Origin: Camelus ferus
Taxonomy: Eukaryota
Reading direction: 5' to 3'
DNA: 64,000 bases
Assembly: GCF_009834535.1 (NCBI RefSeq)
Contig: NC_045697.1
Location: 55,554,001 to 55,618,000, forward strand
Shown here: positions 26,801-41,430 of the stretch, one piece after another
How positions within the stretch are numbered: the stretch's first letter is position 1
Layout of the letters: each line of letters starts with the position of its first letter
Program-made: the position numbers and the translations under genes
The notes under the pieces: generated by a model
Databases searched by the model: none
What the model saw: the letters and a program-made list of their open reading frames with translations, nothing else
What the model was told of the DNA's origin: nothing

Positions 26801-28129
26801 AATCATACTATTTTGTTTGTCAAACAACAACTATAAAAAGAAAGTAAATATGAAGAGATTCTACACTTCTATTTCTCTATTTCTGTCTATACAAACTCTT
26901 TCCTACTTTGCAAGGGCAAGATGAAGTCCTACATCCTTTAGAATGGTTAGGAATGAAGATGTTTGAAAAAGTTTCACTCACTACAGGATGTACGTCTTCC
27001 ACTGGACAAAGTGAATAAAATAAAAACAATATGGAGACAGTCTGCAAATAGTTCCTCCAAAACGCCGAACCAATGTTCACATATGAGAAAATATGAGTGT
27101 TGAATTAAATTCAGGTCACAAGATTTATTAAGTCCAAATTGGTTGTAGAACCTTGACGCTTCTCATCAAGTATCTGAAATTTACTATTAATTGTGAGATG
27201 CCTTCAGCAGTCAGTGTAAAATCATGTCTAGTGAATTCCTACTTTCAAGATTCATTTGGCAATACCTGTTTTGATTATTAAATTTAAGTGCTTATTACCT
27301 GCAATTCCATAAAATGTTTAATGTTCCAAGACAGGTATTTGTAGAGATTCAAAACCTGTGTGTTGCAAGGACAAGGTAGATTTTGCCACACATTTAATGC
27401 CACTGCTGGTCACTCAGGCTATAATTGGCTCTAATTAGCTCTCTCATCCAGCTGTAACATTCTTTACCTGCAGCTGAGAGGCACGCAGGAGAGAAGAAAA
27501 ACCTCTCCTATTGAGGATTTGAAAACATCAGCTAAATCCCTGCCAATATGATCATTATAAATGAGCTGCAAACCCATTAGCTCTGATAGGAAATGGGTTG
27601 TGAGAAGTGAAATTTGATCCAAACTAGCCCCACAATAACAGTAATCAATGTCCAATGAAAACACATTCCACTATGTGAACAAGGCCCATAACTAAAGGCT
27701 GTATTTAAAACAGTAGACTGGACAGGCTGGGTGAAAGTTCAACCTTCTCTGTTTATTCAGCTTACTTTCCACTTTACATGTAGACTTAAAGCTTTTGAGT
27801 TTCATGAATAAAATGCTCTTTCATAAATTTGGACTTTCAGGTTTATTGTAAAAACTTAGGGTGATAAGAGTGGAATGATCTCACTGCTCTATAATTTGTC
27901 CCTGTGTATAAAGAAACGATATATATGGATTCATTCAGAATCCTATGCAAAAGTCTGAGAAAAATGTTCTCTCCAAAATCTGATTTAAAAGTATTTTCCT
28001 GATTTCTCAAGTGGTAACAACTAGTAAAAGAGGGTGATTCATATCCTGATGAAAGGCAAAGAAGAATCAAACTAGGGCTTAATTCAAAATGAAACAAAAA
28101 TGGAAGAACATCATTTGTTATTTTTATTG

Positions 28130-28330
28130 GATTATTATTTCTTATAATAATTCTTATATTTATGTATCATATATATTTTGTATTATATATTTATTATATA
28201 TTCATATAAGATCTGTTATATTAGTATCTACTATAATATAACTATATATAATTATATTATGTATTAAATTATATTAAGTATAATATAATTATATATATTA
28301 TATTTAATATATACTAACTCATTTAATTTT
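28130..28330. repeat. AT-rich low-complexity tract
   Basis: Almost entirely A/T, with degenerate (TA/TTA)n. Confidence 0.85.
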
Positions 28331-29313
28331 GTAATTCTTAAGACTTTATTTCTGGATATGTGTAATAGAAAGAATAAAACTTTATCACAATAATGCTAAT
28401 ATTGTATAACTAACATTGGAAGTGGAATGAAGTATGGAAATTAAAGTAGTAGCCAATATAGTTATTTTGCATTCACAGCTGGATACATTATTCTGTCTTC
28501 CGTGATTGTTTCTCCCATCTAGAAGTTCTTGTTGCTTCCATTTTAGAAGCTCCATGGTACAACTCATTTATTTGATATCCCTATAAAAAATAGTTCTGAA
28601 ATTATGAATGCCACAATCCAAAGGAATACAATTTAATAAAAACAAAGTAAAATAAAAATTTTCATCTCTCAATGAAAATTGAATTGCCAGTCTTTCCAAG
28701 TCTTTTAGTGTATATGCAGAAAGGTATCTAACAGCCCCAGAAATACAATAAATCTTAATTTTTGAAGGACACCTACTTGAGGACCATAGAATGATCACGA
28801 AAAGAAGAAATCATTAAAAAGCAGCATATTCTGAGGGTTATATGGTTGAGAGGAGTAGGCAATAGCTACAGGTTGTGTAAAACCATTAGAATTTATAAAA
28901 ATGGTGCAGTTATGTTGGTCTCAAAGGAATATTGAGATTTCGACCTGAATAAGAGAAGGTAGGTGGTATGTCAATTAAGATTGCTATGGTAGATGTTGGT
29001 TAAGGAGTATTGCAAAACCAATTTTTCTGTAACAAAAGATTGGTGGAGGGCAAATACAAAATATATGTCACCATCCAGTTATATTTTCTCTACAAGATTT
29101 TTCTGTGATTCTGTGAAATTACTTTATCTGGTAGAAATAGGATTCAGAAGAAAGTCCTAAAATACTTTTCAAATCTGATATTCTTCATATCAGGGTTATC
29201 TTGATTAGTCATTTTTTTCTCTTTTACGTTTTGTTGAAATGTGATACATAATACATACCTACTTATATTTCTAGTCATACTTTCTTACTTATTCTGGATA
29301 TACGTGTGTGTGT

Positions 29314-29323
<10 letters not shown>

Positions 29324-29358
<35 letters not shown>
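29324..29358. repeat. (TG)n microsatellite
   Basis: Directly visible. Confidence 0.97.
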
Positions 29359-29361
<3 letters not shown>

Positions 29362-30289
29362 CTTTTTAATTATTTCCCAGTCACTGACAATTGTTTCCTT
29401 TGAAAATCAAACAAATATTTTTCTAAAAGGATTATTAAAGTGCATTCTTTCAGAAGATTCATTAAAAATGGTTTGCTTCAATAATACTGTTTCAATTCAA
29501 TATTAGTGACTATTTAGCTGAGAGCAATTTAAACCACAATTTGGGGAAAGAGATAAGCAGGACATAGGTGAACTATAGTCCCAAATATCTTGTATTTTTA
29601 ATCAAGTTAATTGGATAATTTATAGAATTACGATAAGTATCCCACACAGGAAAATTTGAAGACCTGAAGATGTTAACGTGCATTTTAGTGTGTGAGAATC
29701 AATATTCCTGAATTATTTCATTTTGATAGGTAACAATTTCTTATAAAGAGCTTAGAAACTTCTAGAAGTTTGTATTTTAAATATATATCATAAAGTTAAC
29801 ACTTTAAATAAATAAAATACTGATATCTATAGCATTATGCATTTTGCTATGAAATAAGAAAAAACATCTACAATGACCTGTCTCCAAATGGTGTATTTTT
29901 TGTGGTCTATGTCTATTTAAATAAAAAGCTTCAAAACTATAACTGTATATTTTTTAACTCTTTAAAAAGTATTGAGCATTAACCTGAATTTTTAGCTTCT
30001 ACATTACTTCTTCTTGTTGAATTTCTCAGTATTATCTTCTAAACTGCTGATCGCAGACAACTCTGCCTTCTGATTTTTTTTAAGCCTCCCATAGCATTGC
30101 TCTATCCTGATGACTAGGCTCAGTGCTTAGATTATGGCCGCCACTGTTCTGTTCACTGATTGCCCCCATTGTGGTACCTTCCTGCAATAATTCGTGAAGA
30201 CCAGGGTAATGACTAGTTATAATTCTTGTATAACACAGGTGTTGTCAGCTTATATCCACACACACATTTTGCCCAGAATGAACACATGA

Positions 30290-33200
30290 AGAATTTTGGT
30301 TTTAGCTCCAACATGTAGAGGGCACAAAACTCTCCACTCCAATTGCACATTAAGAAAATGCTGTATAAACTGAATGTCTATAACTCTTCTTGGATCCCTC
30401 AGAGAACTGAGGCAGTGGGGGAAAACTGTCACTCTGAAATTCGGAGAGACTAGAAAATCTAGAGACATATGTAGTTCCCAAGAATTGTTTACCAGGTACA
30501 GAAGATATTGGCAGCCTTTATCTGTTGGGAACACTTAATATTTATGTTGAATTACTGGAAGCTGAGTGCAGAATAGTATGAGATTGAGAAATTCCCAGAG
30601 AGGTTATGGTCATTGAGGGATCTCCACACTCAACGTGAGGATCTGAGAAATACCCTCTCCTGACCATGGCTTTATAATAGTGAAACCCTCGCAGACTCCT
30701 CTCTAACAAAGCCTTAATCTCTAGAGTCAAGAAATTTGCTAGATGACAATTATGAAACCTTTTCCAACCTGGAGAAAGGAATTTTTCCCTACTTCAGGGT
30801 GTTTCAGTCTTATTGTATCACCTAAAGAAAACCAAGAGTCAACACAGGACAAGAGTGCAAGAAAACAGATTAAGCATATTGTAGCTAGGAAAAGGATTAG
30901 GATGTAGAAAGGAGGGGAAAAACTATTCTTAAGGAGAGACTGAAATACTTGTAAAGCCCACACTCCCAAGTCATAGGCTCACTAAAAGATGAAGATTTAA
31001 TAAGAAGATTGTGGAAAGCTCTTTGTCCCCTATACTGCACCACCACATCAACAATCCTACAGTATTAAAATCATGGATTATAGCTGTAAGAGTTGCAAGA
31101 CATAGAGTTTCTGGGAGCAGCAATACAAAGGGAAGCAAGAAAGTCAAGAGAGGAGACACAAACAAGAACACTAGAGGCATTTGAAACTTCTATACCTATA
31201 AGAAACATTAAACACATATCCAGATTATATATCCAGATTCATATAAATCAGCTCATTGGAGAGCTATTTGTATTGTTACCTATTTCCCAATACACTCCAC
31301 TTCAGACTTTCAAGAAAACACTGCAAGGCATGCAAAAAGTCAAAAAAAAAAAAAATCCAAAGAGGTAAATCAAACATTAGAACCAGATTCAGATGTGACA
31401 CAGATGTTGGAATTATCAGACAAGGGATTTAAAATAATTATGAGTAATATACTAAGGGTTGTATTGGAAAAATAGAATACATGTAATATCAAATAGATAA
31501 TGTTACCAGAGATGGAAATTGTAAGAACAAATCAAGAGGAAAAGCTGAAAATGAAAAATCATGGTAACAGAAATCAAGAAATTATTTGACAGATTTGGTA
31601 GACTCAACATAGCCAAGGAAATAATTAGTAAACCTCAAGATTAGTTAAAAACTTATAAAACCGAAACTCAAAAGAGAAAAATAAAAGTAAAAATGGCAGA
31701 AAAGGAGGAAAAAAAGGAATTTAAAAAAGCAAAATATATGAAACAGTTACAAATGTGGTAGAATCTAATCTATATGTTTCAACTTTTATCACATCAAATA
31801 TGAAGTCTAAACAAACTAGTTAAAACACAGAAATTTTAAAATTATGTGAAAAAAGTCCCAGGTCGACAATATCCTGTTTAAAATTAATGAAATCAAGCCA
31901 CAGTTCCAGGAAGCTCAGAATATTTGAACTATATTTAGGACAAATATAAAATACACACACAGACACTCAGGTAAATCATATACAAACTGCAATAAACCAA
32001 AGACAAAGTAGAAATCTTGAAGAAGCCAGTGGATTGGTTATTTTACCAATACAAGATCAAGAATATGAATAACAGCAGTGTTCTTATCAAAAATAATATA
32101 TACAATAAGGGAGTTGAGTGAAGTCTTTAAATGTTGAAAGGAAAAAATTTTAAAACCGACCAACCTAGAGTTTATATCCAGTGAAATTATCTTTCAAAAG
32201 TGAAGGATAAAGGCTTCCTCAGAAAAACAAAGCCCAAGAGAATTCATCACCAGTAGAACCTCCCAACACACATTCACACACACACACAAAAAGTAAAAAA
32301 AAAAAAAAAAAAGTCCTCAGGAAAAAGAAAAATTATTATATAGGTGCATAGGTCATAAATAAGATATAAATAAATAAATTAGTATCAACAAAGGAATAAA
32401 TAAAGGTAAATATTTTATTCATAATTGATCTAAATGATAACTGTAGGCAGTAAGTATAACAATGTATGGGGTGATTATAGCATACGGAGATGTGAAATTA
32501 ATGACAACAATGTCATAAGAAACAACAGGAAGGAACAGGGAATACTCTGTTATAAGATAACTGCACTACATATTAAATACCAGTGTTATTTCAAGATGAA
32601 TTTAAATTATTTAAAAATGTATATTATAAACTATAGAGAATTATAAACTATAGAGAATCACTGAAGTGTTTATTTTAAGAATTACTAATGATATTCCAAC
32701 AAAGGAGAGACAACTAGATCATATAAAATGCTCCACTAAAACCAGAGAATGCAGAAAATAGGAGGAAACAAAAGCAACAACTAAAAAGCGGACAAAAACA
32801 GCAGACTTATAACAACCATTTCAAATGTTAAGGGTCTAAACACAACAGGTAAAAGACAAATTGACAGACTGGATTAAAAAAAATAAGACTCCATTATAAA
32901 CTACAAGAAATCCACAGTAACTATAAAGGCTCACATAGGTTATAATAAAGGAATGGTGAAGGAGAGCTGGGCTAGTTATATCAATTTCAGACAAAGGAGA
33001 CTTCATTCACATTATCAGGGATAAAAAAGGGCATTACATAGTGTTTTTTAAAAAAGGTCAGTTATCAAAAAAGTCAAAGTACTACTACATGTTTATGTAC
33101 TTAACAACAGAGTGAAAAATACATGAGGCAAAACTGATATAACTGAGAGAAAGAATAGAAAAATCCAGTTTAGAGTTGGTCTTCAATATTCCCTTAGAGT

Positions 33201-34480
33201 AACTGATAGATCATGTGGGATAGAATAGAGATGATCCAATGAATACTATCAATCAGCTTGATCTAATTGACATTATAGAATACTCCATCCAACAACAGCA
33301 GAATCCACATTTTTTTTAAAGTTCACACAAGTATTAGCCAAAATACAATTTACTCAATGCCATAAAACACATCTTAACAAATGTAAACATACAGAAATAA
33401 TACAAAATATGTTGTTAGACCAGAGCAGAATTCAAGTATAAATCCATAACAAAAAATAGTTTGGAAATTGCAAATACTTGGAAACTAAACACACTACAAA
33501 ATAAATCATAGAACAAAGAAGAGAGAAATTAAATAAAATTAAAGATCATTTGAAATATTTAAATTAAAAATATAACTTATCAAAATGTTTGGGATCCAGT
33601 GAAAGCAGTGCTTAGATAAATTTATATTTGAATGTACACATTAGAAAAGAAGGTAAAAATCAATAACCTAAACTTCCACCTTAAGAAAGCATATAAAATA
33701 GGTAAATTAAACCTACAGCAGAAGACAAAGGGAAATATTTAAATTAGGTAAACAGAACTGACAAACTTTTACCCAGCCTTAAGAGAATGAAGACACAAAT
33801 TATCAATATCAGCCATGAAAAAAGGGAATATAACTATTCATCCCCTCAACTTAGGGGGTATTATTAACAACTTTGTACAGCAATTTGGTAACTTTCATGA
33901 AACAGACCATTTAATTAAAAGACACAGTCTATCAAAACTCACTCAAGGAGAAATAGATAACCTGAATAACCCTCTATCTATTAAATAAAATGAATTAGTA
34001 GATGTAAATCTCACAAAGGAGGAAATATAACCAGATGGTTCACTGGTGAATTCTACCAAACATTTTACCAATTCTATATAATTTCTTTCAGAGAACAGAA
34101 AAGAGAAAAATTCCCAAATCACTTTACGAGGCAAGTATTACTCTGATACCAAAGCTGGATAAAGACATTACAAGAAAAGAAACTGTAATTTGCTAAACTG
34201 ATTAAAAAACTTACGTCTACACATAAACCTGTATGAGAATAACAGTTTTATTCATAATCTCCACACACTACAAGTAGTCAAAAAGTTCTCCAGGAGGAAA
34301 ATGCTTTAAAAATGTGGTACATCCATACAGTGGAATATTATTCATCAACAAAAAGAAATGAGCTATCAAGCCACAAAAAACACAGGTGAATCTTAAATGC
34401 ATATTTCAAAGTAAAAGGAGCCAGCCTGAAGAGGCAACACAATATGTAATTTTATTTTTATAACATTCTGTAAAATCTAG
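30290..34480 (+). mobile_element. Old L1: 5'UTR, ORF1 and endonuclease remnants (to about 34190), then an L1MC-type 3' fragment
   Basis: agaaccagattcagatgtgacacagatgttggaattatcagaca (ORF1 start region); aatgttaagggtctaaac and actccatccaacaacagcagaatccaca (endonuclease); ccagatggttcactggtgaattctaccaaaca; aaaagaaatgagctatcaagcca (L1MC 3' end). Confidence 0.85.
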
Positions 34481-34769
34481 GGGGGTCATGTAATTTCTCT
34501 TTTTACTCAGAGCTTTCTAAACAGAAGATGCAAAATTTTAATTATGTGATCCCTTCACCAGGGCCAGAGCTGAGAGACCAGCATTCGATAACTGCCTCAA
34601 AGAAAAGCACTCCCTAGACCTATGAGGAGTGACCTGGTTCAAATAGATGAACTGAGACTACAGACTGGTCTCCATCAGTATTGATGTAAGAGATAGGGAT
34701 ATATAGAAAGAATCTGAGCCATGAAAATGAATCTAAAGAGACCTGAGTGTTAACCAAAAATATACATCA

Positions 34770-35010
34770 TTCATGTACTTCTTCACTGATTCAGTAAATA
34801 TTTATTATCTACTGTGTTCCAGATTGTCTTCCAGGTACAGTAGTGCAAATGAAGGAAGCTTGACATGTTTCAGGGACTAAAAAAGTAAAATATACTTGAA
34901 TGTTAAGGAGCAAGGTGTAGAGTGGAATGAGGAGTATGAAAGGCATTATCAGACTGAAATGAGCCTTATAGACCATATGAAAATTTCTGGTCATTATCCA
35001 AGGTAAAATT
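34770..35010 (-). mobile_element. L2 fragment
   Basis: attcagtaaatatttattatctactgtgttccag is the reverse complement of the L2 3' end. Confidence 0.6.
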
Positions 35011-35104
35011 CACTGCCCTGAAGTGTTCTAAATAAGTCAGTAGAATGACATCATGCCACGCTAGGGTCACTGTGAATCCTACTTGCTTCAGCAACCATTG
35101 GCTT

Positions 35105-35742
35105 GTACACTGAGAACACCTTACATCAAATGTTTCCCCTCTTATTTTCTTAATGTAGTACATAGAGAGTAACAGTCTTGTACCAAGACAGAATTAAATA
35201 TATATTTTTTTACTGGATTATTTGTTTATTATAAGATGATACAACTCGGTAGCAGTCAGGTGGAATAGAACAAGGTATCTGGAAGGAGGTGCGGCGCTTC
35301 CATGCCCTTTCTTGGTGTGCCAGCACCGCTGTGTGTTCACCAATGCAGAAGCAATCCAAACCCTGCCATTTAGGGAAGTTGCGTAGTCTTCACGCCTCCA
35401 TAGGCATGATGATCAAATCAGTGGTCACTGGTGGTTTAACTCCACCTCCAGCACCTCTCCCTTCCCCAGGCTGGTTGGGGGTGGTGGCTGTAAGTTCCAA
35501 CCTACTAACTACACAGCTAGTTCCCCTGGTGACCAGCTCCTCGTACTTAGAGGCTTTCTAGAAGTCACCTCAACAACATCAACTCAGGTCTTGACTGAAA
35601 GGGGCTTGTTGTGAATAATAAAAATCACTCCTTTCATCTTTATCTCACTTATACTTAGGAAATTTCAAGTTTTAGGAGCTCTGTGCAAGGAATGGGAATA
35701 AGACCAAATATATATATTTTTATTATAAATTACAGTATCACA
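35105..35742 (-). mobile_element. MER21-family LTR
   Basis: The reverse complement begins tgtgatactgtaatttataataaaatatatatatttggtctt...gcacagagctcctaaaacttgaaatttcctaagt, matching the recalled MER21B/C 5' end. Confidence 0.85.
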
Positions 35743-36069
35743 GCATCAAGACAAAACTAAGTACTTTTTATTTGGTGGAAATTCGTAATTAAGGTAAAGT
35801 GACCTTGAAGGTTTGCTTTCCTTTATAGATAAGTACTGATTTATCTGGAAATGCTGCTAGACGTTTTTCATAACAGTGTTCACTTGGGACTTGTCTTCAC
35901 AGAAATAACACACACAATACAATCAATGATAGAAAACTTCAGTAGGGCAAACTGATTCATCCCTAATTGTAATGTTGAAGAGTGGCTCAGAAGGCACACT
36001 CTTCTAGGAAAAGACATCATGCCTTAAATGCTATCTCCCTCCACTTTTCAAAAGTAACTCACTTACCTG

Positions 36070-36385
36070 AGTTAATCCCACTTGTTACTTCATCCTCGGT
36101 AAGACTTCACTTTCCCAGGGATGCTTTCCTCACTCTTGCCCCTTTCAGGGCTAGGGCTCCTGCAACACAGTTTCATAGTTTTCTATGTTTATCATGGAAC
36201 TATCAGCAGAATTTTAATTATACATTATTTGTATGAGTATTTACTTAATATCTTGTTCCTCTATTGGAATGTAGCTTCAGAGCAGCAGAGGAAGTATCTG
36301 TTTTGTTCCTGGTAAGTTGCCAGTGCTTAGCAAAGTGCCCTAAAACATACTTGGCATGTACTGATTATATAAATAAATATTTTTT
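36070..36385 (+). mobile_element. L2 3' fragment
   Basis: cacttttcccagggatgctttcct...ccagtgcttagcaaagtgcc...ataaata, typical of the L2 3' end. Confidence 0.65.
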
Positions 36386-38994
36386 CATCATCAAAAGGAA
36401 AGGCAAACTCTTTAAAGATTTTGACTTTTGTTTGGTTGATTTGCTTCTTTTCCTGTCTCATGACATTTTTGCTGCAATAGAAATAGTAGTTGTATAAAAT
36501 TTATTATGGTGATATTTGATTTTTATGTTTACGGTCAAATAAAATGCAAACTTGTTGAGAGACTGACAAACTCTCAAGAAAATATGCTTGTCAAAATGTT
36601 CAATTTGTTTTAAAATGTTGAATCAAACTTTACTTTTACCATCATTCTAGATAACATAATTATTTGCCTTTCATAATTCATAAAGACCCTTCCCTGATTG
36701 GTATTCATATATATTAATGTGTACTTGTCATCCTCAATTATTATTTCACCAAGTCAGAAAACAAATTTATAAAATAATGAAACCAGTGTTGAGTCAGTTC
36801 TCTTTAATTTTCTCATTTTTCCCTTAAGATGATGAGCATAATGTATACTCACTAAACAATAAGACAGGTATTACATTTTTCTTTCTTTTATATATCAAAA
36901 TGTAAATACTTAGATTTTTATGAATATTGGAACACCAAAAATTTGAATAAGCATTTAAAACAAAAGTGGAATCTACATTATAAGAAGTTCTTGTGATATT
37001 GTTTCCTACTATTCTTCCACTTTGGAATATTTTCTTTTTTTAAAAAAAAGTTTGAGACACACTGTACCATACTCTGTCTGTATATTGCACAGCAACACTT
37101 GGCAAGAAAACTAGACTCTCTTCCTGGTGCTCTAAGTAATATCCCAGAATTCCTTTCATAGTGCTGACTGCCTTTCATAGTGGTGACTTTTATTGTGTTC
37201 TGAGAAGAATACTGTTGTTAATTGGGTTTACTATCAAGTTTGAGAACACTTGATATTTTGAGAAATAAAATAGGTTTACTGGTCATTATTAATACCTAAA
37301 ATGGTAAATGTTGTAATATCAAACCTATTTATAGGCAATGATTCAATGAATCTTAAGCCAAAATTTAGCCTTGAGTTTAAACCGAGAGTAAATGGGTTAA
37401 AATGAGGGGAGGGATTAATACAACTCTTTTTAACTTCAAAACCACAGGATGGTAGCATGGAGAAAAGGTGGGTACAAATAAATATTTTTTAAGTTGTAAA
37501 CCTCCCCTCTCACCAAAATTATGAGTGTATTAAGAAAATCAGATCCATCAGAGTAAAAAATTAAAAAAACCCTTCACACTATAAAAGCTACTATTGCATG
37601 AGTCTGTCATGTCAGTAATTCAGAAATTTTCTTGCATATTATGCCTGCTAATCTATGAATGGCTGTCCTCGTGAGATGATAGGATAGCAAACAAACTTGA
37701 AGAATGCTTTATTTCCAAATTTCATGTGATTATGGAATAAAATTTAAAATATACCGTGAGATAAATTCCGAAGGACTGATCACATGAATTTAAATAAAAA
37801 TTATCATGAAAGTAAGATCTGAGAAATCACTAAGAATATGTAATTTAAAAAATGTGATCTGTGTTTATTTCTTTGAATTCTCAGGAAAACTGAGTCTGTG
37901 TAGTTGGAAGGCTGGGCTGTTATAAAGTATAAAAATAGTAGTTTCTAAAATACACTTTTTTCATTTTGAAAGTATTCACCTGATTAATGAGTAATGTATT
38001 TGTATTGCCTGAACTGGAAAATATAGAAACATATTAAAAAAAAAAAAACCACACACCTTCAATATCACATACCATCAACCAAAAAACACAATTTTAATGA
38101 GTTTTAACAGTGTATCTGTGTGATCAGAGCGTTTTTATGACTGAAATCTGAATATTTTTGCTTAGCATTATATTTAAATATTTTCCAATTTTATGAAATA
38201 CTTTTTAAAAACTTTGTAGTACCTGTATAGTATTCTATCTTATATGTAACTAGAAAAACCTAAGTAGTTAAGGATGCAAAAACAGCCTTATTATTCCACT
38301 TAATCACATTGCCCTTGTTCTGACTGTATTAGCAGGAAATCCATTATTTCTCTCTTGTGACTACCCTTGCCTGGAATCATTTAATAGCTATAAGCGTGGC
38401 TTAGTCAATCCAAAATATTCAGTGATGTTTTCAATGTATCAGGCAGAGTGATAACTACAGTCAGTCTCAACATTGGTCATTGTCACAAGGAGTTGCCAAT
38501 GGGCATTGATTGCGTATACTGCAGCAGATGCTTGTCCAGTGTAGGAAGTATTCCCTGGCTGGCTGACGTCCATGGTTAGACACCACTTGACTCCACCCTT
38601 CAGCCTAAGGATTACATCTAATTTTTGTTCATGATCTTATATGCAGAACATTTTTTGAAGGAAGATTGCTGGAGCACTAGCTAGAGAGGCTTCCATTCTT
38701 AACACAGGCCTTACGAAGAAACATTACCTCGTACACATTCAGGTTCTTGTGTTGCATCTGGTGTCATCAAGCCCATCAAGCTCCTTTTTCCCCACATAAT
38801 GTGACCTTTCCCACACACTGTGTTATTCTTGTCAGAGGAAATTTTTTCAGTTCCTAAGATGTCCACAAGGAGGACACTTGGGCACATTTGTTTTTCTAAC
38901 TTGAAATTCTAGGAGCAGTGTCTCTCCTATAAAGAGGTGTCCAGGGTTTTCTACATTAATTGAGGCACTCCCTCATCTATTGCACTACTCAGGA

Positions 38995-40900
38995 ACTATT
39001 TAGTGAGTGCCTACTGTGTGTCCAATACTCTTATATCCTTTGCATATACAATAGGAAGAACAAGAGGAAGTCCACTGCTCTCTTAGAGCTTGTATTCTAG
39101 TGGTGGCAGCCACACACAAATAGACTAATAAATAAATTTTAAAAATATCAGGCAGCAAGAAGTCCTTTGGAGAACATGGCACTTACATTAATAATTCAAT
39201 ACCAAGAAGGAATGAATTATAGAATAATAATGGTTGAAGAGGGATTCTGGCAGAAGATTTCAGCAAGTGGTAAAACCTTAAACCTAGAACATATTTTGTG
39301 AGTTCCAGGAAGAGAAAGAAACCCAGTGTTGATAAAGCAACTGGGTTTGCCTCTCTAAAAGGAAGAGAGTTGAAGGAGATGTAGACTGAAAGGGAGCCTG
39401 TCCACAGAAGACCAGCCACGTGCCCAGGGAAGGATGAATGGGCTTCTGCACCTCTAGTCTGGGCCTGAGGGAGAGTCCTTTTCTTCACCCCCTACCTTGG
39501 ATGACTCACACCACCCTTACATTTTTTTCACTATGGAAAACAAGAGGAAAATCAGTCTAAGCCAAAGAAATAATAAGATCAAGGGTTCCAAGATGGAGAG
39601 AGTATGTGGCTTGTTGAGGACCAGCAAGGAGCCAGTACGGCTACAGCAGTGTAAGCCAGGGAGGAGGTCGTAGGATTTGTCAGCAAAGTAATGCGGGGAC
39701 AAAACCTGCAGGGCCTTAGAAGCCATTATAAGCTCTTTGGTTTTATTTATGAGTGAAAAAGGGAAAATATTGGAGAGTTTTGAAAAAAAGGAATATAAAG
39801 TGACTTTTTAATATTCATGCTAAGTGTTGGGTGTAGAATAGCCATTAGGGATCCACGTAGAGAAACCAAGACTAGTTAGGAGAAAGCTGAACTAATTCAG
39901 TCTAGAGAGGAGATGAGTGGCTTGGACCATTTGAAGGTGGTGAGAAGTAGAGCTAATAGGCTTTCCTGATGGACTGACTATTAAAAAAAAGAGAGAGAGA
40001 GAAGTAAAGGATAATGAGAAAAAGTTTTGTCAAAAAAAAAAAAAAAAAAGAATGGAATTGCCATTAACTCAAACTGGAAAACCATGAGAGCAGCAGATTT
40101 GCAAGAAAAGTCTTTGTGTTTGGACATGTTGAGTTTCAGACATCTATTGAATACTGAATAATATATGGCAAGTAGGAAGATGAATAATCAGGTTTAGGAT
40201 TCAAAGAACAGGTCTGAACCAGTGATTTAAACATATGAGTCTATACATCTCCAAGGAAACAGATGTAGATATAGAATAGTAGGTTCAAAGTCTCAGTCCT
40301 GAATATGTCAACTTCAAAAGTTAGAGATAAGACAAGGGGGAAGATAAGGATGCTGGGGTGAGCAAAACTAGAAGGATGTAGTACCCTGAAAACAAAGGAA
40401 GAGGGAATAATCAAGTGTATAAATGCTAAGGTTAGTCAAGTAAGATGAGGACTAAAAATTGTTCACTTGATTTAGCAACATGAAGAGCACTGGTGATCTT
40501 CCCAAGGGCATTTTTAGGGACAAACATTTGAAAGTCTGGTTGGATGGGACTGGAACATGGTAGGATATGAATGCTATCTCATGTACAGATAACTCTTTTA
40601 AATGGTCGTTCTATAGATGGAACAAAAAAAGGAGTAGTAGCTGGAGAAAAATATGGTATCAAGAGAATTTATTTTACTGTTTTAAGATAATGAGATAAAT
40701 ATAAGTAGTATATTTACATGCTACTAAGAATTATCTAATAGAGTAGGAAAATTTGTGATGGTGTAATAAAGGTGGAGAAAATGGAGATAAATCCCTCATT
40801 TGGTAAGTGGAGATGGCTAATAGTTACAAGCAGGAAGTCTGCTTAAATAAGAGCATGAGGATTTCATCAAGAGAACAGAAGGAGTAAGGCAGAGTTTGTA
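38995..40900 (-). mobile_element. Long L2 (L2a-like) fragment
   Basis: tatttagtgagtgcctactgtgtg; ttccaggaagagaaaga; tttggacatgttgagtttcagacatcta; gtcaagtaagatgaggact...gatttagcaacatg are antisense L2 landmarks in the expected order. Confidence 0.8.
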
Positions 40901-40914
40901 GCTACTGATGCTTT

Positions 40915-41430
40915 TATGCATCAAAATTTAGTGACTCAAAGCCAGGACAGTAAGTTATTGTGCACAATTCTGCAATGGAGGAAAAGATTGGAGGAAATGA
41001 CACATATCCATGAGAATGGCTGCTCCACAAGGCTTCTGTGAGTGCTGGACTGTCCAAAATGGCTTTTTGATTCTTGTGTTCAACATCTCTGATCAGATGG
41101 CTAATGTAACTGGAGGCTGGTCATGAATCTCTTATTTCCACACAGTTCCATTCATTGCTAGTTGGCCTTCCTTAAAGTATGGTGGTCTCAAAGAAAGTTG
41201 AAATTGTGACATAGTGGCTGAATTCCCCCAGAGCACAGAAGCAGAATCTACCAGGCACCAAGAACATCACTTATGCCACATTCTACTGGTCAAAGCAGTC
41301 ACAGGGCCAGCCCAGATTAAAGGGGCTGAAAAACAAATCATAACTCTGGACAGAGAAATGGCAAAATTACATTGTAACATAATATGTGAAATAGAAAATT
41401 TTGTTGTGACCACATATGAAAACATGAACC
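40915..41430 (-). mobile_element. Old MaLR LTR (MLT1 family)
   Basis: catcacttatgccacattctactggtcaaagcagtcacagggccagcccagatt is a characteristic MLT1 segment. Confidence 0.75.

Noticed and set aside
26880..27020. Possible plus-strand exon (GQDEVLHPLEWLGMKMFEK...)
   Set aside because: Weak AAG acceptor, no good donor and no recognisable homology.
32622..32659. Tandem duplication attataaactatagaga x2 (a similar one lies near 51763-51820)
   Set aside because: Ordinary slippage duplications inside decayed L1 sequence.
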